From NCBI GenBank assembly GCA_026414385.1, contig JAOAJC010000001.1, positions 2,384 through 66,383 on the forward strand: a stretch of DNA of 64,000 nt, in the 5' to 3' direction. The notes beneath the pieces are model-generated. The model saw only the letters and a program-made list of their open reading frames with translations. It did not search any database and was not told where the DNA came from. A program made the translations under genes and the position numbers. Positions 10,600 to 19,576 of this stretch are shown here, piece by piece. Position 1 is the first letter of the stretch; every line of letters starts with the position of its first letter. Source of the stretch: Candidatus Pacearchaeota archaeon (GTDB lineage Archaea; Nanobdellota; Nanobdellia; Pacearchaeales; GW2011-AR1).

Positions 10600-10974
10600 T
10601 TAATAGAAATATGCCAATAGGCACCCCCCGATATTTTTTTCAAAACAAGTAGTATGTGACATTAATCCTTTTGGAGTTGAAATTATAATTGTCCCTATAT
10701 CTTTTGCAGGAAGATATCTTTTAACATATTTTTCAATTTCGTCAACTCGAACAACAAACCTTGGTTTTATTGCCTTACAAAAGTTTAACTTGCCTATTTC
10801 AATCTTTAAGATATTATCTTTGACTTCATAATTAGTGATATATCCTTTCATTTTTGCCATTGCTAAAATTGAGAGCAATAGCTTTGAATATCGCTTTATT
10901 TCCAAATATTTCTTTCCCGCCCTATTGGCATTCATTATGTTATTCAATGCGTCTGAAACTACATCTTGTGACAT
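10600..10974 (-). CDS. rps8: 30S ribosomal protein uS8
   Basis: MSQDVVSDALNNIMNANRAGKKYLEI is the uS8 N-terminus. Start refined to the Met at MSQD, which ends the overlap with rps14. Confidence 0.9.
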   Translation of the reverse strand: MSQDVVSDALNNIMNANRAGKKYLEIKRYSKLLLSILAMAKMKGYITNYEVKDNILKIEIGKLNFCKAIKPRFVVRVDEIEKYVKRYLPAKDIGTIIISTPKGLMSHTTCFEKNIGGCLLAYFY

Positions 10975-10976
10975 GG

Positions 10977-11207
10977 TTAGTCGTATTTTTTGAAGCCAAT
11001 TTCTTCCGCTATTTCGCGAAAGCATTGTCTACATAAATTTAGATTATATTGTGATAAGTGGGCGCCGAATCTTCCACAACGTTCGCATTTTTTTCTGGCT
11101 AAACCAGTTGTTCTTTCTTTTGGCTTATTATGTCTTAAAAATTTCTGCATTTTTTCAGGTTTTTCTTTTAATTGTTTTAAAATTTTATTCCAATCGCTTG
11201 CTGTCAT
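10977..11207 (-). CDS. rps14: 30S ribosomal protein uS14 (zinc-binding type)
   Basis: CERCGRFGAHLSQYNLNLCRQCFRE is the uS14 Zn-ribbon. Confidence 0.9.
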   Translation of the reverse strand: MTASDWNKILKQLKEKPEKMQKFLRHNKPKERTTGLARKKCERCGRFGAHLSQYNLNLCRQCFREIAEEIGFKKYD

Positions 11208-11208
11208 T

Positions 11209-11712
11209 TTAAATAAATTTTGTTTTAAAAACCTCCTTCATATAATTGATAATTTCGTCTTTTGAGACAAATTGTTTTTTTGGAATTTTTCCCTTTTTTA
11301 TTTTTTTTCTCTTTACTCTTAAACCAGGTCTAGCAAAAACAACCGTAACATTAAAACCGCGAATACCGATATCTCGTTGGTATTCTATTCCTGGAATTTC
11401 TATATACTCTTTTATACCGAAAGAAAAATGGTTTTCCGAAACTTGTTTTTTCTTTAGTGTATTGTTTATTGAAGCTAACAATTTTTTTAGCAATTCTATT
11501 GCTTCTTTACCTCTTAATGTAACTCTTGTTCCTACTTCTAAACCCGGACGAACGTCAAATTCTGGAATTCTTTTTGTTGAGATAATTTTTTGTGCTTTTT
11601 TCCCCGAAATAAATTCTAAAAGCTTTTTTTCTTTTTCTAAATCTTGCGAAACAGCACCACCGCTAAGAACAACCTTCTCTATAGCAATAGTTCTCATTAT
11701 ATTTTCACTCAT
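11209..11712 (-). CDS. rpl5: 50S ribosomal protein uL5
   Basis: IAIEKVVLSGGA...RGFNVTVVF is uL5-like. Confidence 0.9.
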   Translation of the reverse strand: MSENIMRTIAIEKVVLSGGAVSQDLEKEKKLLEFISGKKAQKIISTKRIPEFDVRPGLEVGTRVTLRGKEAIELLKKLLASINNTLKKKQVSENHFSFGIKEYIEIPGIEYQRDIGIRGFNVTVVFARPGLRVKRKKIKKGKIPKKQFVSKDEIINYMKEVFKTKFI

Positions 11713-12326
11713 AGTGCAATTACCTCGCTTTCCGGGATTATCGTAGAAATATCATTAATTTTTATTTTTATTTTTTTATCATCAATTGATTCGACTTTTG
11801 CTTTATTTCCAGCGTATTTTCCCTTGAATATGAATACTTCTGAATTTTTTGCAAGAGGAACATGGGATTTTATTTTTCCATTAAAATCAATGTAAAGAGA
11901 GTCACCTATTGGAATTTGTTGGGAAGTTAATATATTTGAACCATCATGAAGGTGATATTGAACTTTCCCTTTCTTTTGCAATGTTTTACCAACAACTTTA
12001 CATAATTTCATTTTTTCATTTGTTTCTTCAAAATGAAATTTTTTTGTTGGTAATATTGTTAAACGATAGGTTTTATCTGCTTCAAGAATATTAAATAATT
12101 TAATTGCCTCATTAAAATGAGATGCTTTTTTTCCATTGATTTTTAATAAACCAGAGTTAATCATTTTTTTGACTTCTTTTGTTGTTTTTGCCAACTTTAA
12201 AATGTCTCTTATTGCTATTACGAGGGGAACTGAGTTTTCAATATCTGACGAAGCTCTTGCTAAATATTTAGTTCCTTTTTTTGGAATTGGAAGTTTTGTC
12301 GGACTTGCTTTTCTTGTTAAGTGCAT
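11709..12326 (-). CDS. rps4e: 30S ribosomal protein eS4
   Basis: MHLTRKASPTKLPIPKKGTKYLAR is the eS4 N-terminus. Start refined to that Met. Confidence 0.85.
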   Translation of the reverse strand: MHLTRKASPTKLPIPKKGTKYLARASSDIENSVPLVIAIRDILKLAKTTKEVKKMINSGLLKINGKKASHFNEAIKLFNILEADKTYRLTILPTKKFHFEETNEKMKLCKVVGKTLQKKGKVQYHLHDGSNILTSQQIPIGDSLYIDFNGKIKSHVPLAKNSEVFIFKGKYAGNKAKVESIDDKKIKIKINDISTIIPESEVIAL

Positions 12327-12327
12327 T

Positions 12328-12738
12328 TTATGTTTTGAGTTGAGAAGTTTTAGAAGAAGTCTTTCTTTGCAAAATTGCAAGCCTTTTTTTGTCGTCTAAA
12401 TTTAGGGCTTGTATTTGCAATACAGACGGATGGAAATAGACGTTCACTTTTGTTCCGTCTTTCTTTGTCCTCTGTATATTTTCGAGAGAGATGCGATTAT
12501 GCTTTAAATCCACAAAGGATACTTTGGCTTTCTTTTTCTTAAAAGAGCCACGCATAACAAGCACCTCATCCCCTTTTCGAAGGGGAAGACTTCTCTTGCC
12601 ATACTTCTCTCTCAAAGATTTTGATAAATTAGCACTTAAAAACTTATGCTTTTTATGAAGCGGGGCGTTTGCTAAATATTTTCGTTGTTTTCTTGGTTGT
12701 TTGCTACAAACCCATGATAGAGAGAATTCTTTCTTCAT
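12328..12738 (-). CDS. rpl24: 50S ribosomal protein uL24
   Basis: SKQPRKQRKYLANAPLHKKHK...GDEVLVMRGSFKKKKAKV is uL24 (KOW). Confidence 0.85.
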   Translation of the reverse strand: MKKEFSLSWVCSKQPRKQRKYLANAPLHKKHKFLSANLSKSLREKYGKRSLPLRKGDEVLVMRGSFKKKKAKVSFVDLKHNRISLENIQRTKKDGTKVNVYFHPSVLQIQALNLDDKKRLAILQRKTSSKTSQLKT

Positions 12739-12775
12739 TTTTTTAGTTTTAAAGATTTATTTAAAATTTTTCTCA

Positions 12776-13177
12776 TTATAGAACATATTGAGCGATTTTT
12801 GCAACTTGCGACCATCGCTCTTGAACCTCCCTTGCAACTGGACCTTTAATTTGAGTGCCTTTTGGATTTCCTTTCTCGTCTTTTAATAACGCAACTGCAT
12901 TATCTTCAAAACAAACTCGTTCCCCGGTTAATCTCCTGTATGGTTTTTTAACTCTGATTATGACAGCATCAAAAACTTGTCCTTTCATGTCTGGCTTTCC
13001 TTCTCTCACAGATACTTTAACCCAGTCAGAGATTTTTGCAAAATTTTGTCTACCTTTCGTTGATTTCCCGCCTTTTATACTCACTATTTTTACAATTCTT
13101 GCTCCGCTATTATCAGAAGCTAAAACTTTGCTCCCTATGTTTAATCCGCGTGTTGCCTTTGCTGTTAGTGCTTTCAT
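12776..13177 (-). CDS. rpl14: 50S ribosomal protein uL14
   Basis: LASDNSGARIVKIVSIKGG is the uL14 signature. Confidence 0.9.
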   Translation of the reverse strand: MKALTAKATRGLNIGSKVLASDNSGARIVKIVSIKGGKSTKGRQNFAKISDWVKVSVREGKPDMKGQVFDAVIIRVKKPYRRLTGERVCFEDNAVALLKDEKGNPKGTQIKGPVAREVQERWSQVAKIAQYVL

Positions 13178-13488
13178 TTTTCCGCTCCTTTTATAACCTT
13201 TCCGATTACTATAAAATGAACTAATTTACTTATTGGACGGCACTCTGCAACTTTTATTAAATCTCCAATAGCGACATCGATGTTGGAAGGTAATCTTGCG
13301 TGAAGCCGTGTTTTTTTCTTGTAAAATCTTTCATATTTTGGAACATAAACTGTTCTTTCAAATTCTATCACGACTCTTGATGGAAATTTCTTTACAACTT
13401 TTCCTTCAAATACCCTACCATGAGTTAAGATCGGAGTTCCATCTATCATTTTTAATTCTACTTCTTTTTGCTCATTTTTCTTTGTCAT
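13174..13488 (-). CDS. rps17: 30S ribosomal protein uS17
   Basis: GKVVKKFPSRVVIEFERTVYVPKYERF is uS17-like. Confidence 0.85.
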   Translation of the reverse strand: MTKKNEQKEVELKMIDGTPILTHGRVFEGKVVKKFPSRVVIEFERTVYVPKYERFYKKKTRLHARLPSNIDVAIGDLIKVAECRPISKLVHFIVIGKVIKGAEK

Positions 13489-13494
13489 TTTTCT

Positions 13495-13791
13495 TTAATC
13501 GATTATTGAATCTTCTGGAAAACCAAGCTTTACCAAGATTGGCTTAACTTGTTTTTGATGATTGCCTTGCAGTTCTATGACATTGTCTTTGACTGTCCCG
13601 CCACATGCAAGTTTCTCTTTCAGGTGTTTTGCTGTTCCTTTGATATCAAAGCTTTTGTTAAACCCTGATATAAGGGTTATGATTTTTCCATATCTTCTGG
13701 AAACTGTTGAGACAGTTATCTTTTGCTTGGATTTATCTATCTCTTTGAAGATATCTTGCGTTGGTAACCCGAATGTGTCTTCTATGTTCAT
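13495..13791 (-). CDS. eif1: Translation initiation factor SUI1 (aSUI1/eIF1 family)
   Basis: ITVSTVSRRYGKIITLISGF...KLACGGTV is the SUI1 fold signature. Usual location between rpl29 and rps17. Confidence 0.8.
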   Translation of the reverse strand: MNIEDTFGLPTQDIFKEIDKSKQKITVSTVSRRYGKIITLISGFNKSFDIKGTAKHLKEKLACGGTVKDNVIELQGNHQKQVKPILVKLGFPEDSIID

Positions 13792-13793
13792 AT

Positions 13794-13997
13794 TTATTTT
13801 GTCTTTTCATTAACTCCTTTTTTGGAATTAATGAACGTAAGTATGCGCGAAATTGCCTTTTTAATTTCTTTGGTTTTCGCGTTTTGTTTTTGCGAAGTTA
13901 TATTTGCTTTTATTAATTCGATTTTTAAATCTTTTAGTTTTGACTCTAGTTCTTTTTTATCCATTTTTGCAATCTCTTTGAATTTTAAAATTGCCAT
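13794..13997 (-). CDS. rpl29: 50S ribosomal protein uL29
   Basis: 67 aa helical protein (ELESKLKDLKIELIKAN) between rps3 and sui1. Confidence 0.8.
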   Translation of the reverse strand: MAILKFKEIAKMDKKELESKLKDLKIELIKANITSQKQNAKTKEIKKAISRILTFINSKKGVNEKTK

Positions 13998-14683
13998 TAT
14001 TTTTTAATCTCCTTTTTTTCTTTTTTTCTTGATTTTTTTTGCGGTTTTTCTTCTGCTTTTTCCGACGAGAGAATAATTTGTTTTTTTAATTCGTCGGTTA
14101 TAGTAATTTTGTCGTGAATTGGTGCTTCTGGCGGCAAAATTGAAACTTTAATTCCTACCACACCAGGAATTGTTATTGCTTGTGATATTGCCCTATCTAC
14201 AACCTGCGCAGGATTTCCTGTTTTTTTCAAATAACCTTGCGCAAATCTCCATGAGCGCGCTCTCTCACTAGGTAATTTCCCGGAGAGAACAATTTCTGCT
14301 CCTAAAGCCCCTGCATCCATTATTTGCGTCAACATCTTATATGCAATTATTTTAAATTTCAAAGCACCCTGTCTCTCTAATAAGATTGCTATTTCGTCTG
14401 CAACAAGCTTTGCATCTAAATATGGATTCTTAATCTCTCTTATTTCAATATGAGGATTTTCAAGATGAAAGTTTTTCTTTAGAATCTTTGTCAAATCTTC
14501 TATTTTTTCACCCCTCTTTCCGATAATGAGTCCTGGTTTTGGTGTAGAGATTATTATTTTTTCTCCAACTGGAGTGTATTCTATGGAAACGTTACTGATT
14601 TTACCCTTACCCATAGAAGATTTTATATATTCTTTAACGCCTAATTCTTCTTTCTTAAAATTAACAAATTTTTTTTCTTCCAT
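13997..14683 (-). CDS. rps3: 30S ribosomal protein uS3
   Basis: KH-domain region IISTPKPGLIIGKRGEKIEDL plus a C-terminal lysine-rich tail. Confidence 0.9.
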   Translation of the reverse strand: MEEKKFVNFKKEELGVKEYIKSSMGKGKISNVSIEYTPVGEKIIISTPKPGLIIGKRGEKIEDLTKILKKNFHLENPHIEIREIKNPYLDAKLVADEIAILLERQGALKFKIIAYKMLTQIMDAGALGAEIVLSGKLPSERARSWRFAQGYLKKTGNPAQVVDRAISQAITIPGVVGIKVSILPPEAPIHDKITITDELKKQIILSSEKAEEKPQKKSRKKEKKEIKK

Positions 14684-15213
14684 TATTTATTTTCTCCAAA
14701 ATTTTTATTTTCTGTTGAATTTTCAATTAATTTCGCTTTAATTAAAATGTTTGCTCGTTTAAACCTTCTTCCTCCGCGTTTAGGTGGGCGAGAAGCACGA
14801 TTCGCAGACGCAAAATAAATTTTAGTTTTATCCAAATCCATTCCAGAAGATAGTGCGTTTCCCTTCAATCCTTTTAGAACAGAAATTACTAATTTTGAGG
14901 CATTGATTGGATATCTTCCGGACATCATTCCTTTTCTGTGAGGTATTTCTCCCTTAAAAGGAATTGGTTTTTTTAATTTTATAACTTCTTCCAAATCTTG
15001 AATTGCGGAATCAATTGTTTTGTTTTTAATAAATCTTGAAATATACATTAAGTGTTTTTTTGATGCGTGAAGATTTAATCCTCTTGCTATGACTTCTGTT
15101 TTTGTTGGTTTTTTGTCTTCATTTTTTTTCTCTGTTTTTAATTCTTGTTTTTTCTCTTCTTGCTTTGTTTCTTTGTTTTCTTCAATTTTTGTTTTTTTAT
15201 CTTTTTCTGTCAT
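14683..15213 (-). CDS. rpl22: 50S ribosomal protein uL22 with a K/E-rich N-terminal extension
   Basis: ARGLNLHASKKHLMYISRFIKNKTIDSAIQDLEEV is the uL22 core. Confidence 0.85.
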   Translation of the reverse strand: MTEKDKKTKIEENKETKQEEKKQELKTEKKNEDKKPTKTEVIARGLNLHASKKHLMYISRFIKNKTIDSAIQDLEEVIKLKKPIPFKGEIPHRKGMMSGRYPINASKLVISVLKGLKGNALSSGMDLDKTKIYFASANRASRPPKRGGRRFKRANILIKAKLIENSTENKNFGENK

Positions 15214-15214
15214 T

Positions 15215-15622
15215 TTATTTCTTCTGCGCAGAAGCCGAGCTCTTTGTAGCTCCTATGCCCGGCGCCCCGTGCTGAACTTTAGCTCGCGTTAGTGCAAACT
15301 CCCCTAATCTATGTCCAATCATCTTATGAGATATTATAACATCTACAAATTGTTTTCCATTATGAACTGCAATTTGCATACCCACCATATGAGGAACTAT
15401 AACAATATCCCTTAAATGAGTCCTAATTTTTTTCTTTTGGGATATACTTTCATTGCATCTTTTAACAAACTTCTCTATTTTTTGAAAATTTCTTAAAACT
15501 GTTCTTCTTGAACGAGAAGGTAGGTATTTGGCACACTCTCTTATATCAAGAGCTTTAAGCTCATCAAGAAGCTTTCCGCGATATAATATTTCTTTTGATT
15601 TTACGACAGATTCCTCTACCAT
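15215..15622 (-). CDS. rps19: 30S ribosomal protein uS19
   Basis: HLRDIVIVPHMVGMQIAVHNGKQF is the uS19 signature. Confidence 0.9.
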   Translation of the reverse strand: MVEESVVKSKEILYRGKLLDELKALDIRECAKYLPSRSRRTVLRNFQKIEKFVKRCNESISQKKKIRTHLRDIVIVPHMVGMQIAVHNGKQFVDVIISHKMIGHRLGEFALTRAKVQHGAPGIGATKSSASAQKK

Positions 15623-15715
15623 TTTATTTGTTATATACCTCCTTAAAATTCTGAATTATTGTTTTTTTGTTTAATCCATAATTAATTATTTTTGTGTGTA
15701 TTTCTTTGAATTCCA

Positions 15716-16414
15716 TTATTTCCTCCTTCCTGTGCGTCTTGGCCTTAGATGCCCGACTTTTGCGCCTGCAGGAGCATTTCTCTTTGCAATTTTTGATTTA
15801 ATTCTTTTTCCTCTGCCAGAACCAAATGGATGGTCTACAATATTCATCTTTACTGCAGATGTTCTTGGCCAGAGTTTGTTTCTTGTTTTCATTTTATAAA
15901 ATTTCCTTCCTGCTGTCATAAATGGCTTTAAAACTCTGCCACCACCAGCGATTATTCCAAGGGTTGCTCTACAATTCCCGTCAAATATTACTTCTTTTTT
16001 GTTTGGCATAATTAACGAAACTTTATTGTTCTCAAGTTTTTTTGAAACAATTGCGAAAGAACCGCTTGTCCTTATAATTTTTCCTCCATCTCCAGGATTT
16101 CTTTCAATATTATAAACATTTGAACTGACTGGGATGTTTTTTAACATTAAAATATTTCCATCTTTTATTTCATTTCCACCAACCATTATTTTTTGTCCTT
16201 CAAAAGCGTTGTTAAAAGCAGGAATGAAGAAAATTTCTTTTCCTAACTTTGCTTTTATTAAAGGCGCTGAATGCGCTGCAGAGTGAATTATTTTTTGTAT
16301 TTCTGCTTCGCCTTCACCTTGGGGATATTGAATTTTATAAATAAAGGATTTTTTCTTTGCCTGATAGGTTAGGCTTCCATGTCCTCTCGCTTGTGAGATT
16401 ATTCTTTTTCCCAT
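15716..16414 (-). CDS. rpl2: 50S ribosomal protein uL2
   Basis: IVDHPFGSGRGKRIKSKIAKRNAPAGAKVG is the uL2 C-terminal signature. Confidence 0.9.
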   Translation of the reverse strand: MGKRIISQARGHGSLTYQAKKKSFIYKIQYPQGEGEAEIQKIIHSAAHSAPLIKAKLGKEIFFIPAFNNAFEGQKIMVGGNEIKDGNILMLKNIPVSSNVYNIERNPGDGGKIIRTSGSFAIVSKKLENNKVSLIMPNKKEVIFDGNCRATLGIIAGGGRVLKPFMTAGRKFYKMKTRNKLWPRTSAVKMNIVDHPFGSGRGKRIKSKIAKRNAPAGAKVGHLRPRRTGRRK

Positions 16415-16418
16415 TTTA

Positions 16419-16661
16419 TTATATCATCCCAAGTTTAGTTGCTACATCAATTGCTGGATTCTCCTTTTTTAATTTGACATAGACAAATTTTTTGTTTTGC
16501 CTGATAAGAGTTCTTATTTTTTCTACTTTTATTGCGAACAATTTTTCTATTTCTTTTTTAATTTCTGTTTTTGTTAGGTTTCTATCTGTTTCGAACAAAA
16601 GCGTATTTTCTAAATCAATTAATTTTACTGCTTTTTCTGTTGTTATTGGCTTAAGCAACAT
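16419..16661 (-). CDS. rpl23: 50S ribosomal protein uL23
   Basis: KPITTEKAVKLIDLENTLLFETD is uL23-like. Confidence 0.85.
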   Translation of the reverse strand: MLLKPITTEKAVKLIDLENTLLFETDRNLTKTEIKKEIEKLFAIKVEKIRTLIRQNKKFVYVKLKKENPAIDVATKLGMI

Positions 16662-17430
16662 TTTTATTTTCCTCCAAATCTTTTATTGCTTTTTTAGTAT
16701 AGATTGTTAATCTTCCTAAAGGGTATAAATCCGAAATTGATAATTCGTTTGATTTAACAATATCAATTCCTTTAAATTTAGCATGTTCATCTTTCCCTAT
16801 TACTATTAAAAGTCCGGCATTTGATTTGTATTTTCTTCCTCTTGCTTTGCCTTTTCCTGCTCTAACTTTTTTGTTTTTCATTGCTATTGAAAATGCACTT
16901 CCAAAAATCTTTTCTAATGAAGCAATCAAATCTTTTGTTTTTGAAGGTAGTTCCTCTATAACATAAGGAGGATTAATTTCTTTTAGAGAAGAATATCTTG
17001 ATAGGATAATTTGTTTGTTTGCCGTTGATGCAATTGCAGAAGCAATTGCCAATTTAATTTCGTTTTTGTTTATCTTTTTTAATTTTTTTATTAATTTGGG
17101 AGGGTGGGCTCTTCTTCCACCACGAACAGAGGAAACCTCTGCAGCAATCCAATAAAATTGGTTTCCGCGCCTCCACATTTTTTTTCTTGGGACTCTGGAA
17201 ATGCCTTTTCCATAAGAACCTTTCCATTTGTGCCTTCTTTTTGAGATTGTGCCGGAGGCAGAGTGCCTTTTCCCTGCTTCTGCAAAAGGAGCATATGGTT
17301 GAATTTCCTTTGTTGCTTCAAATAACTTTGCGCAAATATCTTCTCTTATTTTTGATGAAAATATTTCTGGAAGAGAAATTTCTTCTTTTTTAGTTCCGGC
17401 TGAGGAATATAAAGTAGTTTTTATTGTCAT
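16651..17430 (-). CDS. rpl4: 50S ribosomal protein uL4
   Basis: 259 aa, conserved position between rpl3 and rpl23. uL4-like GRRAHPPK motif. Confidence 0.85.
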   Translation of the reverse strand: MTIKTTLYSSAGTKKEEISLPEIFSSKIREDICAKLFEATKEIQPYAPFAEAGKRHSASGTISKRRHKWKGSYGKGISRVPRKKMWRRGNQFYWIAAEVSSVRGGRRAHPPKLIKKLKKINKNEIKLAIASAIASTANKQIILSRYSSLKEINPPYVIEELPSKTKDLIASLEKIFGSAFSIAMKNKKVRAGKGKARGRKYKSNAGLLIVIGKDEHAKFKGIDIVKSNELSISDLYPLGRLTIYTKKAIKDLEENKNVA

Positions 17431-18374
17431 GTTAGTGATATAAATTCATATTTTAGTTTTGATTGAGATTTTGTTTTTCTAAAAGAAGGAGTTAATAAAA
17501 TTGCTCTTTTTTGCGGGCCTTGAACAGAACCTTTTAGAATAAGGTAATTTGATTTAATTTTTCCAAAATGTGGGAAGCCTTCGTTAGGATTAATGTTTTT
17601 TTCTGTAATTGAGCCAAATGAAATAACTTTTGAATTATATTGAACTCTTGTAAAAAATCCTAATTGTCCTGCTTGAGCAACTCTAAAAGAAGTGTGGGCA
17701 GGATGCCATGGGCCTAATGTTCCGGGGCGCCTAACTCCTTTTTCAGTTTTATGTGATTTTTTTCCTATACCGAATCTCGCTATTGGACCAGAAGTTCCCT
17801 TCCCTTTTGTAATGCCCCTTAAATCTAAAAGAGGGAATTTAAGAAAATCTTTTAATGTTATTTCTTTTCCAATTAAAGATTTAGCAAATTCTATTTTGTT
17901 TTTTGCTTCAATCGCTACTTCAACTAAATCAGGAGTTTTTTTAATTGATGTTTGCGAAGGAATGGAATAGACAATTAACCTTATATCATCATACTCTTTC
18001 GGAATTTCTTCATCAAATTTTTTAAGAGTTTTAGGAACATTAAGTTTTCTTTTTAATTCCTTGTCATTTGAAACAATAATGTCTTTTGTAACAATACCTT
18101 TATTATAAAATCTTATTGAGAAAACTTTCATATTTGGTGCTTCAAGAATTGTAACCGGAACATAAATTTTCTTATTTTGAGTTAGAGATTTTTCAGTCAT
18201 ATCCTTAACCAGAGCAGATGACATTCCTACCTTGTATGCAATAAATCCAAGTAAAGAATCAGTTTTTCCATCACCCTTAACTATTTTCCAATTTACTCTC
18301 GGGATAAGCTTATTAGTCCTCTTTCTAGGCCAAAACTGCAAACTTCCGTGCCTTGGACTTCGTTTTGTCGGCAT
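17427..18374 (-). CDS. rpl3: 50S ribosomal protein uL3
   Basis: MPTKRSPRHGSLQFWPRKR...ARFGIGKKSHKTEKGVRRPGTLGPWHP is archaeal uL3. Confidence 0.9.
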   Translation of the reverse strand: MPTKRSPRHGSLQFWPRKRTNKLIPRVNWKIVKGDGKTDSLLGFIAYKVGMSSALVKDMTEKSLTQNKKIYVPVTILEAPNMKVFSIRFYNKGIVTKDIIVSNDKELKRKLNVPKTLKKFDEEIPKEYDDIRLIVYSIPSQTSIKKTPDLVEVAIEAKNKIEFAKSLIGKEITLKDFLKFPLLDLRGITKGKGTSGPIARFGIGKKSHKTEKGVRRPGTLGPWHPAHTSFRVAQAGQLGFFTRVQYNSKVISFGSITEKNINPNEGFPHFGKIKSNYLILKGSVQGPQKRAILLTPSFRKTKSQSKLKYEFISLT

Positions 18375-18498
18375 TTTTATTAGTTATTAATTTTGTTTGA
18401 TAAGTGCAACTCAGACTTAGTTTAAACAACAGAAGCGTTATCAACGCATGTTGTTTTAGTTCTTTTGATTCTACACCAATATTTGATAAAAATAAGGG

Positions 18499-18506
18499 TT
18501 TATAAA
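18499..18506 (-). promoter_or_regulatory. Candidate BRE/TATA box (TTTATAAA) for the rpl3 to secY operon, about 125 nt upstream of the rpl3 start codon
   Basis: AAGGGTTTATAAATTTG in the 286-nt gap upstream of rpl3. This is the only strong archaeal TATA-like element in the gap. Confidence 0.3.
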
Positions 18507-18660
18507 TTTGATGGGGCGCGATTAAAAGCCAAAATTTATTGAGATTACCTAAAATCATACTCTCGAGATATTAGATATAATTGACTCGAGAAAAAGCCCT
18601 TATGAGGGGAGAAAAGAGAGTTAAATTATATTCAGATATCGGATAACTAAATAAGAGGGG

Positions 18661-19407
18661 TTATTCCTCTTGTTCTATTCTTGGGGCTAAAACAAAAGAT
18701 AAAAGAACATCGCCTGTTGAGAAGTTTATCCTCATCGGGTGATTGTCAGAGAAATTTATTGCTACTCTTGAAGATATTTTTGCCCCTTTTATGAATTTGT
18801 TTAGATATTCAAGAGAAAATCTTGCCATGCTGTTATCTGAATGAATTTCAACTTCGTCTGATGAGAATTCTATTTTTGCAGAGTTTAAACCCTTTGCTTC
18901 AATTACGAAAGAGGTTGGATTTGCCATAAATGTGCAAGCATCCGACACAATTGAACAATCCTCAATTGCTTCTACAAAAGACATTGAGTCCATTTTTATT
19001 ACAGATTTAAATTCCCATTGAGGCATCTCTTTTTCTTCACCCTCTATGTCTATCAATGCCAGATTGAATTCTCTTCTTATTTTGTCTTGGATACCTAATT
19101 TTAGAAGATTATCTTCACGAGATATTGTTAGAGAAGAACCTTGCAAACATCTTCGCAAGACGTTTTTTAAGTTTTCAAGATTAATGCCAAGAGTTTCGTC
19201 TTTTTCGACTTCAAATTGAGAAAAAAGAGAAGAAGGCATCTTAAAATAAACCATTGCTACATTAGCAGGATCTATTGCAGTTATGCTCATTCCGTCTTTT
19301 TTTATTTTTAACCTAACTTCTGTAACTAATTCTGAAATTATTGAAATAATGTCTGATAATAATCTTGGACTATCTAATTTTAATAACATAATTTTGGATA
19401 ACAACAA
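18661..19407 (-). CDS. pcna: DNA polymerase sliding clamp PCNA
   Basis: 248 aa. N-terminal MLLSKIM...VTEVRLKIKKDGMSITAIDPANVAMV and two-domain layout are typical PCNA. Confidence 0.85.
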   Translation of the reverse strand: MLLSKIMLLKLDSPRLLSDIISIISELVTEVRLKIKKDGMSITAIDPANVAMVYFKMPSSLFSQFEVEKDETLGINLENLKNVLRRCLQGSSLTISREDNLLKLGIQDKIRREFNLALIDIEGEEKEMPQWEFKSVIKMDSMSFVEAIEDCSIVSDACTFMANPTSFVIEAKGLNSAKIEFSSDEVEIHSDNSMARFSLEYLNKFIKGAKISSRVAINFSDNHPMRINFSTGDVLLSFVLAPRIEQEE

Positions 19408-19476
19408 CGACTTTTAAGGTTTGTTGTGATAAAATAGAATAGATAGATTATAAAAGAGAATTATTGTTAATAAAAG

Positions 19477-19490
19477 TGTGAATTTTCACA
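19477..19490. promoter_or_regulatory. Inverted repeat TGTGAA-tt-TTCACA in the divergent pcna/priS promoter region
   Basis: Perfect 6-bp arms with a 2-nt spacer in the 170-nt intergenic region between two divergent replication genes. Confidence 0.3.
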
Positions 19491-19576
19491 ACAAAAATAT
19501 CTAAATTAGAACAGAGTGAAATTTATTATTCTCAAAAAACAATAATTATTATAAGACGGCTAATTAATAAAATGAA

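Noticed and set aside
15215-15300. Short GC-rich patch (gcccggcgccccgtgctgaac) that could suggest a tRNA or RNA element
   Set aside because: It lies inside rps19 and encodes the conserved HGAPGIGATKSS segment. No cloverleaf can be drawn.
17091-17393. Track ORFs nested in rpl4 on both strands
   Set aside because: Alternative-frame reads of a highly conserved r-protein gene.
18325-18558. 77-aa ORF overlapping the rpl3 start and its upstream region
   Set aside because: Different frame overlapping rpl3, with no motif. The region is better explained as a 5' leader and promoter of the r-protein operon.
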